Positions 25,267 to 40,367 of a stretch of DNA of 64,000 nt are shown one piece after another. Each line of letters begins with the position of its first letter. The first letter of the stretch is position 1. The translations under genes and the position numbers were made by a program. The stretch spans positions 1 to 64,000 of the forward strand of contig MU619273.1 in assembly GCA_025201805.1 (NCBI GenBank), written 5' to 3'. The DNA comes from Parasitella parasitica NRRL 2501 (taxonomy: Eukaryota; Fungi; Mucoromycota). The notes under the pieces are model-generated. The model had not been told where the DNA came from. It did not search any database and worked only from the letters and a program-made list of their open reading frames with translations.

Positions 25267-27227
25267 CAGTCTTTTTATGGTCTCTGAAAAAAAAAAAGCT
25301 CATGTAAATGGTAAATGGTGAATGGTAAATGTCACGGTGTTTGTGATAATATATATTAGGGTTTCTGATAACAAACCTTCTATTTCTGATAAAAACTGAA
25401 AAGTTTCTGAGAGAAGATGAGCCACACCTGTTTTATCGTTTTACTATGAAGAAAGGTATATTGTAGCATCAAAAATATTTTCTTTATATAGCTGTGTTAT
25501 GTACTAGAATTGATATTGACGTGATATCATCTCCAGATAGATGTTTTTTACAGCTTAAAAGCAAGAACTTTAGCTTTTTGTGTCATTTTTTGATCGATTT
25601 TCATATTTAAAATTGTCCTAAAAACACCAGAAATAGTATCCATTGGGAAAAAACTATATTATATATGATTTTGGTGCAATTTGAGCATGATTTTTTTTTC
25701 GATGTAAAATGACGGATTTTTTCAATTTTTTCCTTGTATCCACGCATCCAAAATCATTGATTATGCATTATTCTCGATTTTGACCTCAAAAATGCAACTT
25801 TTTACTATGACATATATTGGAGGAAAATGATCGTAAAAGACCATTCCTTGATCTGAAAGACTGGAAATGCGCTTTGATTAAACAAAATATTGAATTTTCC
25901 CTCTTGATCTGTTTTGAGGTTTTCTCAACTTAATTCCTTCCATAAGCATACGAGAATTATGAAATAACACCATCGTGTAGAGCGTCCAAAAATACAGCTA
26001 TTATCATAGACTGACAGCCGTGGTATGCATAGTTTCAGAGGATGATATTTTGCCTTAAAAAAGTAATTTTGTTTTCTAATTGTACAAATGGAGTTTCTGA
26101 AAGAATTTTTCCTTCCTGATTTTGGACGCGTTTAATCTCCGCTATCAAAGAAAAAATGGTATTTTTTTAACGAAAGCATTAGCTTTGAGAAGCCATAGCT
26201 TACTCAATTCAAAAGAAAAACAATCCAAATCTAGTGTATATAAATAATGTACTTCTTGGCTTTTTAATGGTAGTAATTGCATGTCTGCACATGGCCTGAC
26301 GATCTCACGCTCCGATTTTGAAATATACTTTTTCGTAAAAAAGTCAAAAAAGTCGTTACCTTCATCCGATGTCAACTTAAAAACTACAAAAACTTGCTCT
26401 AAGCTATGCAGCAATGTAATAAAAAAGTGCCTTATAGTATAATGCATTATTTTATATTACTTGTTTTTGTGTTTGAGATTGCTAAACATTGTTTTCTTAC
26501 ATTTTTTGTCTTTTGTCTGACAATAACACACTGAAGTTCGCCTAGACCAAACAAATAAAAATAGGCGCCTTAAACCTACAATGACTTTACAAAGGCACAC
26601 ACTTTTGAACCATTCCAATATTATGGAAAAGATGGCACAGGCTTGACTAGCTGTTCTACTGAGCAATTGGATATAAAAAACCCAGCTTGGTATATGTCTG
26701 ACAAGACCTTCTACACAAGAAAATGCCAGAGAAAATTAAACAATCTGCCACCAGGATAACACACCCATTCATAAAAAGTTATCTGTATAGCAATTTGTGA
26801 AATCTCAAGGACATAAATGTGTTTATCTTCAACCTTGCTCTCCGTTTCTGAAATCTAATGAAAGGTTTTTGATCCAAAGTCAACTGACACGCTTACACCC
26901 AGAATCACAGATGTTTGTCAATAGACAACCGCAAAATTTTTCAAAGACTACCTTGAGCTTAAAGATATGATATATATAGCTTATTTCACAACACAGTCTC
27001 TTTGTATTTTCACTATGGATGAAACAAAGCAATTACTGCTTTTCTATAAATACGGAAATCCCCACTTGAATTCTTTTTAGGGAGATATTTCTCTTTTCTT
27101 AGAAACTTCTTCTCTTTTATTAGAAATAAAAGGTCTATTACCAGAAACGCCAATATATATTATTACAATCATTATGACCTTTACCATTTACTTGAATTTT
27201 TCTTTTTCAAAAGCTGCAAAATGACAG
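25267..27227 (+). mobile_element. Non-autonomous Tc1/mariner element with ~150-bp imperfect TIRs, TA target duplication and a DDE_3 remnant
   Basis: The left end TA|CAGTCTTTTT...GTAAATGGTAAA...ATAATATATATT...TTTCTGATAA matches the reverse complement of the right end ...GACAG|TA. Internal QDNTPIHK and YLQPCSPFL (degenerate LPPYSP) at ~26750-26860. Confidence 0.8.
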
Positions 27228-28059
27228 TACATGATTAGCTAAAAATATTAAAAAAAAAATTGCTCCCTCCCCTTATTCTCGTTATGAAGAACCTATAAAA
27301 TAAAATAGTGAGTGAATATCACGCCTTTCATTGGAGATCTAATCCTTTTCCTGAATTTTTTTACCGTTTTTCTGGCTGGTTCAAATATTCAGAGCGACAC
27401 CAAAAATATATATCGAATGTCAATGATTCTTCATAAAAACATCGTTTAAGGAAGAAGAACAAAAATAATAGAAATTAAAAAAAGTGCGCAAGTGATAGCC
27501 ATCATTGTGCCTGAATTATTCAAACTTAAAACAGGTACTAATACTTTGATTTTATTGATTTAACATTTTTTTGTGAAATGTATAATTGAAGTGTACGGAG
27601 CTCCGATGTAGTGGGTCCAAAGAATTTGTACTATACATATTCATCTACGTGACACAACTCGATAATGAAAGACCCTCCATATTTGCTATCTTCATTCTAT
27701 TTCGTTTGCGATTTCTATAGCAGCTTTACACCCTTTACTGCCTACGTATTAATCTGCGATATTTGCATATCATTATATACTTTCACTAACATTCTTACTC
27801 TTTTCAACTCATTCAGAACTTCAAAAAGCATAAAATCATTCAACCAATTACGTTTTTTACAACATTTTTGATAGAAGAACAAGAGATTGTCTTATTTCTT
27901 TACCCTCGATATCCTCTCCTTAAACACATATGGTAATAGATTGAAAGAAGAAATTCAAGTTTATTTTGAATAAACTGCGAGTTGAGTATCTGAGAACAGA
28001 AATTTAGCTAGAGCAAGCACGCAAAATGGGGTATTCAGTATAGCAAATTGGCCAATTAA

Positions 28060-28696
28060 GAGCATCTCCAATGGAGATGCTAAACAAAAAGCCATTCAAA
28101 GCACCCTTTTTTTTTACTACCCGAAAATTTCTTGTCTGCTTTTTTGGAAGTGCTAATTTGAGACGAAAATTTTAGTCATTTTCTTTGTCTGAAATCAAGC
28201 GATCTGATTCTTGTAAATCATCATTTAAAAAATGGTTATTTTTGATGGACATTTTGATATGATATTTGGTCAAAAGTAATTAAGGGTGTGTAATATCTAA
28301 AATTATGTAATTGAGGTTTTCTGGAATAATATGAAATTCGAACTATTGATAAAATATATAAGGTATTTATACTGTTTGATATTCAGTTATAATGATATGC
28401 TTTGGTTATTCGGTTATATATATTTGATATGGTTAAGAAGGAGCTTGATACCAGAAAGGTAATGGTAGCTACGCACCGGCCTTTGTTTACAGTTAAGCAA
28501 TCATCTTGGAACACCTAGAGTATTATCAGCAACACAAATTTCAATATAGCTTTTTCAACATGACGCCAAATTTGGCTTCCTGGCAATCTTATTTTACCTT
28601 TTGCTAAATATAACACCTTGCTTACCTGGTCCGTTGGAGACCGTTTTTATTTATTTGGAGGTATTTTGGAAATTAGCATCTCCGTTGGAGATGCTC
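28060..28696. mobile_element. PIF/Harbinger-type (Tourist-like) MITE, 637 bp
   Basis: 24-bp TIR GAGCATCTCCAA(T/C)GGAGATGCTAA with 1 mismatch; TAA target-site duplication at 28057-28059 and 28697-28699; no ORF of 60 aa or more inside. Confidence 0.9.
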
Positions 28697-29408
28697 TAAA
28701 CCAGCATGATTTGACATTTTCAATACACAACACCATACAAATTTAAACTTGCGCGAGCAAAAAAAGTAAACATTGGGCTGCATTTACAAAGACTAAAATT
28801 TAACGTTATTCAATGCATGAACGTTACAAGTCTTATATTAGAGTACTTATAACTATGGGTAATACTATTATCAAACTTGAATTGCTGATGATCTATCATC
28901 ATGTGGAGGAATCCTGATTTATTTGATCTAGTTCAGATACAACAAATTGAGAAAAGGAGAAATCGATTGGATCCGAACCGGACTTTGATAGTGTGCCCCT
29001 CAGTAATACAACTTTTATGCAAGAACCGAAATGTTTTTAAACCACTGTGCTTAAGCATATAGAAGAACTAACCTTTGGTAGTCATCAATGAGTATGCTCG
29101 TAATAAAATTAATGCAATTCCTCCACTGTTATGTTTCTGCAAATAATTGCAATTGCTGCATATCACAGCCGAAGACAATTATCAAAATGGTTAACAAATT
29201 TAACTGTCAATACGCACAAACGATACAGAGTACAATTGATGATCTTTTAGTAGTTATCAATTGTTGTATTTATCAATACATAACGTCACAAGGTCATGTA
29301 TGTAATATAAATTTATATACAAAGTTCTTTATTTAATTCTTTTTCTTTTTTTTTCCCACTTTCTCTTTTCTACTTCTACTTTATCTCTATCTACTTGAAG
29401 CGTAAAAA

Positions 29409-30806
29409 ATGTATGAATCTGAAGATTCAAGCGTAGCAAGCAGCTCATTTGGTGACCAAGATGAGATGGAACATTTCATGAACAGATGCTCTATTTGTTT
29501 TGATGCGCAGCTTGATTTCTGTCTGGAGCACTGTAGAGATCAGTATTGCCTAGACTGTTTCCAAAAGTATGTGTACAGGACACAGTAAATAAGGCAATGC
29601 ACACAGTACTAACATGCTCTACCTTTTAGATACATTGTCGAAGTGGTTAAATCATCATGGGGCTTGAGTGTGACTCCTATCAGGTGTCCTGTTTGCACTG
29701 AATTGATACCAAAGCATGAGTGGACTCAATATGTGCCTCAAATGGTTATTGAAATCTATGACAAATTTAATAAACCTTACAGAAGCTATACCAGGTCCTG
29801 CCCTCACTGCGAAAATGAAATGACACCGTGCGTCTATACCAGCAGCAAAAATCAATTAATGCAGCCAAAGTAAGTCTCGAGCGAATGTATAAATTGGTTG
29901 CATGTACTAAATGTATACGCCGTACATTTCGTTTCTTGGATAGCAGTAGACTGTTCTGTGATATCATGGAATCCATGCTGTATTCCTGTCATCAAGGCGA
30001 ATCCCATAAAAACCACACAGATCACATTGCAGTCAAACGATGGATTACAATTTACAAACGTCAAGATTGGTCAGACTCTAAGCTCTTAAATCTCTACAAA
30101 AGTATCATGCGAGATGTATTAACATTTGAAGAAATCCACATTAATCAACAATCGAAAAAGTTTGCTCACAACATTTCTCAAGAGTTTATCAATAATTTCT
30201 GCGTAAAGCCAGAAGTTTGGAAGCAATTGCAGTTTGCACATATCAGTAACTTTCCTCAAATGAGCTGGTATGTTATGTGAGGAGTATATTAACAAAGCTA
30301 AACTCTTGTACAGTACTAGCTGTCACTTGTCCATTTGCTTGCATTGTGGATACGATGCTCATAGAGACTTGACTTGTGAAGATAACATGAAGCTCATTGC
30401 GTCCAGTAAATCTATCGCAAAAGATATCAAAGAGACCGTTGAATGGAAGCTGGCCAACAGTCGACGATGTCCTAATTGTTCCATCATGATCAACAGAGAT
30501 GAAGGGTGCAATAAAGTAGATTGCTCTTATTGTGGATTCTGCTTTTGCTGGGCATGTAGATCATCATGGGCAGAAGTAAGCTTTGGTCATTGGGCTATGT
30601 ATACCTGCCTAACTCTTTCTTTTCAGGGCTGCGGTTTCTATAGATGTGCCAATATAACAAGCGAAGTTACCATGGTAACAAACTCATCTGTATTAACTAC
30701 TACGAACACTGAAGAAAAGACAGAAATCGGTGTGCCCAACATGAAAAGCATCCAAGCAAGACTGGTAACAAATCATCAACACCCACATCGTATGGAACTC
30801 GACTAA
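29409..30806 (+). CDS. RBR (RING1-IBR-RING2) E3 ubiquitin ligase, multi-exon
   Basis: RING1 CSICFD...CRDQYCLDC...CPVC; IBR halves CPHC and CTSC...CLHC...H...C; RING2 CPNC...EGCNKVDCSYCGFCFCWAC. Confidence 0.88.
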
Positions 30807-30968
30807 ACATATCCCTCCCTTTCACTGTTATCCTTAACGTAATATGGTCTTTTCTTTTCTTTTTTTTTATATATTAAAAAAATCAATCGCTTAATTTGGA
30901 TGTGTTATTAGGTGCCTGTATCAATTTGAATAGAAGATCTTTTTTCCACTAATCTATCCTTGAACTAT

Positions 30969-30969
<1 letters not shown>

Positions 30970-31011
<42 letters not shown>
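30970..31011 (+). repeat. 42-nt poly(A) tract
   Basis: Homopolymer run; a similar 28-nt run opens the window. Confidence 0.9.
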
Positions 31012-31014
<3 letters not shown>

Positions 31015-31637
31015 ATCTAGATGGAAAGTTTCAAGGAAAAATGTCATCCACCTCTTTAAAAGATGAAGTAGAATCTGATTACTGGAAATTGATCCAAATC
31101 AGAAATTTTCATAGAAAGAGTCCTGGCCGTTGGATGCTGACATTCATGTGGAGAAAGGATAGCTAGTATAGTTTCCATCGTACATCGCGTATGAAATAGT
31201 TCCTGAAACCAGAAGAAATCTCTACTTTTAAGTTTTCTAGACATGTTGCGTAGGGATAAAGGCAACAACCAGCAGAGACCATGACATTTAATCCCAATTC
31301 TGCTTGAAAGAGACTTCCATCTTGCGATCTTTGTTTGAGGAGATTACGGGGTAGCTCAGTATGATTCATCCATTTTTGATGAGACGGACAACTTGTGCTG
31401 CCCAGACAAGCTACATGATCAGTATAATACAAGCTGGCTATTCTACCATGAAGTCATAATTCACTGCTTTGTGTTCTAAAATAGCCAAACTAGAGATTTT
31501 GTGTATTTGACTTTTATGGGAGCCGATTCATCCGTGTAAATAGATGGTCCGTTCATTATAGTGAAATAACGTTTACTTTTTTTTTTTTTTCCTTTTTTTT
31601 CTTTCCTTTTTCTCCTTTTTTCTTTCCACTTGAGAGA

Positions 31638-34600
31638 ATGGTGACAAATAAAGCACTCACCATTTCAAAGGAAATAGATATCGCTCGTTGTAAGGGAAAT
31701 TGGCAGGCTATACCTGAATTAGCCAGAAGATACAAGAAGCACAACCCGAACGGCTTTGGTAAAGTTTTTTTTGTTTTTTTTTTGTTTTTCATGTGTATGC
31801 ATGCTCTTGCTGTCTAATCACACTGCTACTCGCATCCCCTCCTCTCCCCGACAAAAGCCCTTGAACAGTCAATTCTAGCAGAAGCCCGTCTGTCAAACGT
31901 ACTTGAGAGCAATCGTCCAGATTCGAAAAAACTATTTGCAAATGATTCACCTACTAGCATCAGCTTGACGACACGTGTAGCACCAGCTCTGATGAAGCCA
32001 ATCCAGCAACAGTTGTCAACAGCCTTAGGCGACAAGGAACAAAGCGCAGAGACTCAATTGGTAAAGCAAGTATGTATTACGAGGCGTCTTGGTGATATCA
32101 AAGGGTATTCATGGATGGTATGTTAGATGGTGAGGATCATCCTTGCAAGAACGTGGTTCGAGTGTGGTGAATATCAGAATGCGTTAGACGCTATAAGCGA
32201 GGCCGGTTATGAAAATGTAGAGCCATCATCTGGGTATGGTCATGTTTTGTTTATGCAAGCTATTTCTATAAAAGGTACGTTTTATGGCATCCACGTAAGG
32301 AAGTACAGTGTGATTGAGATACTGCTCGTACCTATAGCAATGTCATTGGATTTATTACAAAAAGATGCACTGGAAGCATATGATGTATTGTCATCTACAG
32401 TCAACCTATATGCAGAGGTAATTGACCTGATTTTGGCTGATTGGGCCGAAGAAGGTCTTTACAGAGGCACACTACTTGCTTTGAGTGATAGGTATATCCA
32501 TTAGAGAGAGGGGGAAAAAATCCATGTGTAACATGGCACGAAGCTAAAACATAAATTTATAGCTGTCAAACAAATGAAACAGATCGAACCATGAATCTTA
32601 TCAGAGCATACCAAAAGGCTTGCTCAGCACAACCAAATACCTGGAAAATCTACAAGCGCATAGTTGTCACTCGGTATTCGTCAAGATATCTTTCCAGTCT
32701 GTATAAAGCAGATCAATACCAGCCACCTGTTGCTTTCAGCGAAACAGAAGAGGGAAAACAATGTAGCGAGTATGTATAATTCGACAGATACTGGAGCAAC
32801 CGTTTATTGATGCAATTGGAATGAAAATAGAGAACAATTTTTAGACGCTAAAAGAGCCTACGATCACCAGCTATTCAGCATTGAAGTCATGCAACTCCAC
32901 ACCGTGTATGAAAAGTTAGTGTATTCATTGGCGCATTTTCCTCGATCTGGCCAAATGAATACACTAGTCTTAGACTTTGTAAACAGCTTGGCAGAAGACT
33001 TTGAGATTGTGGGAGGATCAGAAACCGAAAAGAGAGGCTACGTCGAGGCATTGAACCGTGCATCCATGAAAACATTCAATTCGCCTTGTATCACCAGACA
33101 TTTGTTTCACGCATTAGTTCAGCTGGGTGATTACGAGCAGGCAGAGCATGCGCTTCGCACCTATTTGTATCTAGTCGGTTTGGAATCGAAAGCCCTGGTA
33201 GAATCTCGCTCAACGACAGCAGCATTAGCATCAGATTCGTTTGGATACAATACACCTGTCCCTGATGCAGATGAAGTAGAAGAATTAGCCATTGCTGAGG
33301 AACTGAAAAAATCAGACGGCCCGCAACGTAGCGAGGAAGTTGAAGCATTCGACAGTAAGATTAAGTTGCTCGTTACTGCTGTCGAAATGTACTGCAAGGA
33401 ATTATGCAAGGGACCGGACGCTGTAAACATGGCTGAAATGGCCGAGCAATTATACTCCAAGGAAATGGCAGCGAGTGACCAACACGACGCACATTTTGTT
33501 GAAACGGGTGCCTTGATTTACAGAACGTTAGGTGCAGCGTTTGGATTTTTAGCAAGTCAAAGTAAGACATCTGACATTGTGCTCGTTCAGCAAAAGTAAC
33601 TTATTGTAAATAGCTTTTGACCAAGAACGTCGGCCAAAATATCATGAAGTGGCCTTGGCTTCGTTGAGAAAATCGATTGCAATCAATAACCAGAGTTGGG
33701 AAACTTATTATCAGCTCGGCCTTCAGTTGGCAGACATGAGAGATATTGTCCAGGCCATCCAAATGGTGACCCAGTCATTGCAGTACAACCCACATCATTT
33801 ACCGTCATGGCATTTACTTGCATTATTGTGCACATGCCCTATCAAAGACAGCCAAGCGCAGGCACTAAAGACGTGCGAAATTGCACTGACAGAAGCTAGC
33901 AAAATTGCCACCAAGGACAGATGGATAGACTACAGCGATGATATATTACAGCACGTCTTGTTACAAATGACACAGACGCTTTTAGTAGAGCGTGTGCATG
34001 GAGCAGAGGCTGCGTTATCCGCTCAGGAAGCTTTATTTCAAGTTTTCGGCAAGATTATTGTGCCAGAATTGATCCCAGATTCTACGAGTTCAAGCATGTT
34101 ACATGAGGCAATCTCACATGGAAACGCGAGGTACGGCATGGTACTATCAGGGTCTCTAGGAAATATGAGTGTATCCGATGGCTCCAATGGTACGCTTGCA
34201 GTCAAAGACAATTCTACAAAGACAACGTCTCGCAGTCGCAGCGAAAGTAACCCTTCTTTGCAAACAAGAGGTTTAGGGGGCCGCAGTGCCTCAGTATCAT
34301 CATTTACCGGAAGAAAGTTCCACTTGGCTGAAATGTTTGGTTCTAGTCATCTGGACAAAGGAGATGTGAGTAGCACTCGCTCAGTACCACCTCCAGAAGC
34401 AACACTGGTGGCAGCACATAAACAAGGCAGCAAATTGAGTCTATTAGATCCAAAGAGTTTAATCCGGAAGCAAAAGAAGGAGGATTCAGCAGGTTTGTGC
34501 CTAAATTCTGCTGGGGGAGGGGGGGGGGAATTGTACGGTTTGATTGACGTGTATACATAGGAAACACACCTCGTGGGTTATCAACTACAATGGAAGAAAC

Positions 34601-35183
34601 ATCCGCATCTTCAATTCACAGTATCTCCCCTTCGGTCATCAGTGTTCATACACTACTCCAAACAAGCGCGACACTAATAAGGCCGACAACCCATGCAAGA
34701 TTGCAGCATCAGCGTTCGTGTAAAATGCTTTGTGATTTATGGCTGCTCTCAGCAGAGGCCTTTTTAAGGACTGGGAAACTAGAAGAAGCCCTAAAAGCGG
34801 TTTCTGAAGCAGAGAACGTAGACTGGACGACGCATGCTGGAGTTTGGTGTCTTCTGGGCCGAATCCGGCTTGCTGAGAACAAGCCAGACCTAGCAATTTC
34901 AGCCTTCCAAAAAGGACTAGTGACAAAGCCGAATGATGTAGATTGCAGAGTCTGGTTGGCAAAAACATATATTCAGCAAGGACATCTTGAAGTAGCTGAA
35001 GGCCTTTTACAAGCCATTACGCAAGAAAACGGCTGGGATCATGCTTCTGCCTGGTTTTATCTAGCTGAAATCTATATCAAGACGGACCGTTTGGACAAAA
35101 CAAAACACTGTCTATTTTATGCCTTGGAACTAGAAAGTACAACTCCCATTCAATCGTTCATGATTCTACCTAGACTTGTATAA
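31638..35183 (+). CDS. YPP1: TPR protein Ypp1/TTC7 (PI4-kinase Stt4 complex scaffold), multi-exon
   Basis: N-terminus EIDIARCKGNWQAIPELARRYKKHNP; TPR repeats; WHLLALL; C-terminus WFYLAEIY...YALELESTTPI. Confidence 0.85.
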
Positions 35184-35464
35184 ATAAATTAAATGTAGAT
35201 TCCCTTTTACCATGCAGTTGGGGTTTGCTACAAAAAGAACAATTCAACCTATTGTACTCCTGGCGTTTAGCTCTCCATATTGGCAAATTCTTTGCAATTG
35301 GTAAAATCAGATTTGTACTCGCCTTCTCGCGGGTTGATTGAGTTGGTATTATGGAACATGTGCTGTAAGGGCAAAGAGGTGCATGTTGTTTAGTTTATTT
35401 TTCTTGATGGTATACAACGCTGCTGGTACCAATTATAACATAGACGTGATCTTTTGAAACTCAT
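35170..35464 (-). CDS. Candidate small two-exon Cys-containing protein (~75 aa), unverified
   Basis: ATG 35464; a 67-nt GT..AG intron (35429-35363) with a CTAAA branch-like site joins CYN|C to a 64-codon open frame containing CSFC. Confidence 0.25.
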
Positions 35465-35585
35465 TAAAGTAATCAATACAACACTGTTTTTTTTATATAT
35501 ATAACAGAGGAGGGATAATAGGCGAGAAGAATACGTAATATAATGTCTATAATACAATAATGAAAGAGGATAGCTGTACAAGTAT

Positions 35586-38598
<3,013 letters not shown>

Positions 38599-38871
38599 GT
38601 CAGTGATATAATGTATATTGTGGAAAGAATAAAAACTAAAAAAATAGGGGGTGTAGAGTTGGTACAAAAAGTAGAAAAAATTTGATTCAAAGAAACTTGA
38701 AACCTCTCCGGTTTGGAATGTGCCATGTCCGGCTAAATGTAGACTTTGGAAGGGTGAACATATAGCCTCCCAACCTAGGCTTTTGGAGGGAGGGGGGGGG
38801 GAGTAGGCATCAAAAGACAAGTTCATATAAGCAAACAGTTTGAATCTTTCTCTCTTTCTTTTACAGGCACG

Positions 38872-39933
38872 ATGGCTAGAGTAAGTGATCATTTCGTATA
38901 AAGCAATTTGCATGCAAAGTTCAACAAAACATCGAGACATCAGTGCGTGGATTCAACATTTCGTACACTTCAGATTAAGCATATTGACGGGATGGATTAA
39001 CAGATCCCATGCATCCATACATCCATCAGTCCTCCAACGTTTCTACGAGCATCACATACGCAGCACTTTGGCAGCCATCTGGCCAAATGTTTGTCGATCT
39101 ATGACAGATTAACACAAAAAAGAAGAAAAAAGAAGAAGAAAATAAAGCAACGTGTCCTTTGATGTTTTGTCGTTGATACGATGCAAATTGCTTTTTGAGA
39201 CGACCAAGACGACACACAATTGCTAACATGCATCTTGTTTATTTTTCTGCCAACAGTTCCACGAATATCAGGTAAAATTAGCAGAAATACGGATCAAGTA
39301 TTAGCATCTAGACGTCGTGCTAACACATTGAACAGGTGGTTGGTCGTAAACTCCCTTCCGCCCAAGAAGTTGCTCCCAAGCTTTTCCGCATGCGCATCTT
39401 TGCTCCCAACGTTGTTGTTGCCAAGTCTCGCTTCTGGTACTTTTTGAAAAAGCTCCGCAAGGTCAAGAAGGCTGCTGGCGAGATTGTCTCTGTCAACCTT
39501 GTAATGTTCAGAAAGTTTTTTTTTTTTTTTTTTTTGAGATTTTGAGATTTTGAGATTTTGAGGAAATTCAACTAAACAGATTGTCGAAAAATAGATTGCC
39601 GAGAAGCGTCCTGAGCAGATCAAGAACTTTGGCATCTGGATCCGCTACGATTCCCGCTCTGGCACTCACAACATGTACAAGGAATACCGCGCTATGCGTC
39701 GTGTTGAGGCTGTCGAGAACTGCTATCAAGATATGGCTGCTCGCCACCGTGCTCGCTTCAGATCTGTCCAAATCATTCGTGTTGCCGAGGTCAAGGATGC
39801 CGATGTCCGTCGCCAATACATCAAGCAGCTCTTGACCCCCAAGCTCGCTTTCCCCTTGCCTCATCGTCTTGCCAACGTCGACAAGAAGCACCGTGCTCTC
39901 TTTGTTGCCAAGAGACCTACCACCTTTTACTAA
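38872..39933 (+). CDS. RPL20: 60S ribosomal protein eL20 (L20/L18a); exons 38872-38880, 39257-39271, 39336-39500, ~39595-39933
   Basis: [16 protein letters not shown]...AKSRFWYFL...[23 protein letters not shown]...RPTTFY; strongly biased codon usage. Confidence 0.96.
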
Positions 39934-40367
39934 ATTACTTTTATAGCTGGTATCATTTTTTTTCTTTCAATACATTTTTTGTTATAGACTGAATATGTTG
40001 TTTTTATGGATGGTTACAATGAGTTGATAAGGGAGTGTGTTTTTTTTTTTTGAGCGTAATAAATGAGGCCTATCAAGCAGAAACTATTAGATGAGCTTTG
40101 CAGTATTTATTCGATCTGCACCAAATATGTACATGTTTGACAAGTGTATGCCTGAAATTGAATCTCTCGCCCATCCCATTGTGCAATTGTTGCCAGGCTT
40201 TACTACCACTATTACCAGATAAGCCTCAGTGATCATTTAGGACGGAGATCACCAAGAAAAAGAAAAGTTTTCCTTGCGCGAGTATAAGAGGGGATGGGGA
40301 ACAAAGGTTGCATCCGTTCTTTCTTTACACATCTCTGGCTGCTCCATCCATCCATCCATCCGTTCTA

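Noticed and set aside
28960-29010. RTLIVCPS resembles SNF2 helicase motif Ia
   Set aside because: Isolated 8-residue match with stops around it and no other helicase motifs.
2757-32337. Several in-frame stop-free introns (TPC1 2757-2825, PKC1 4578-4646, urease 22449-22520, RBR 30576-30626, YPP1 32275-32337)
   Set aside because: With this many short introns a handful is expected by chance; there is no evidence of regulated retention.
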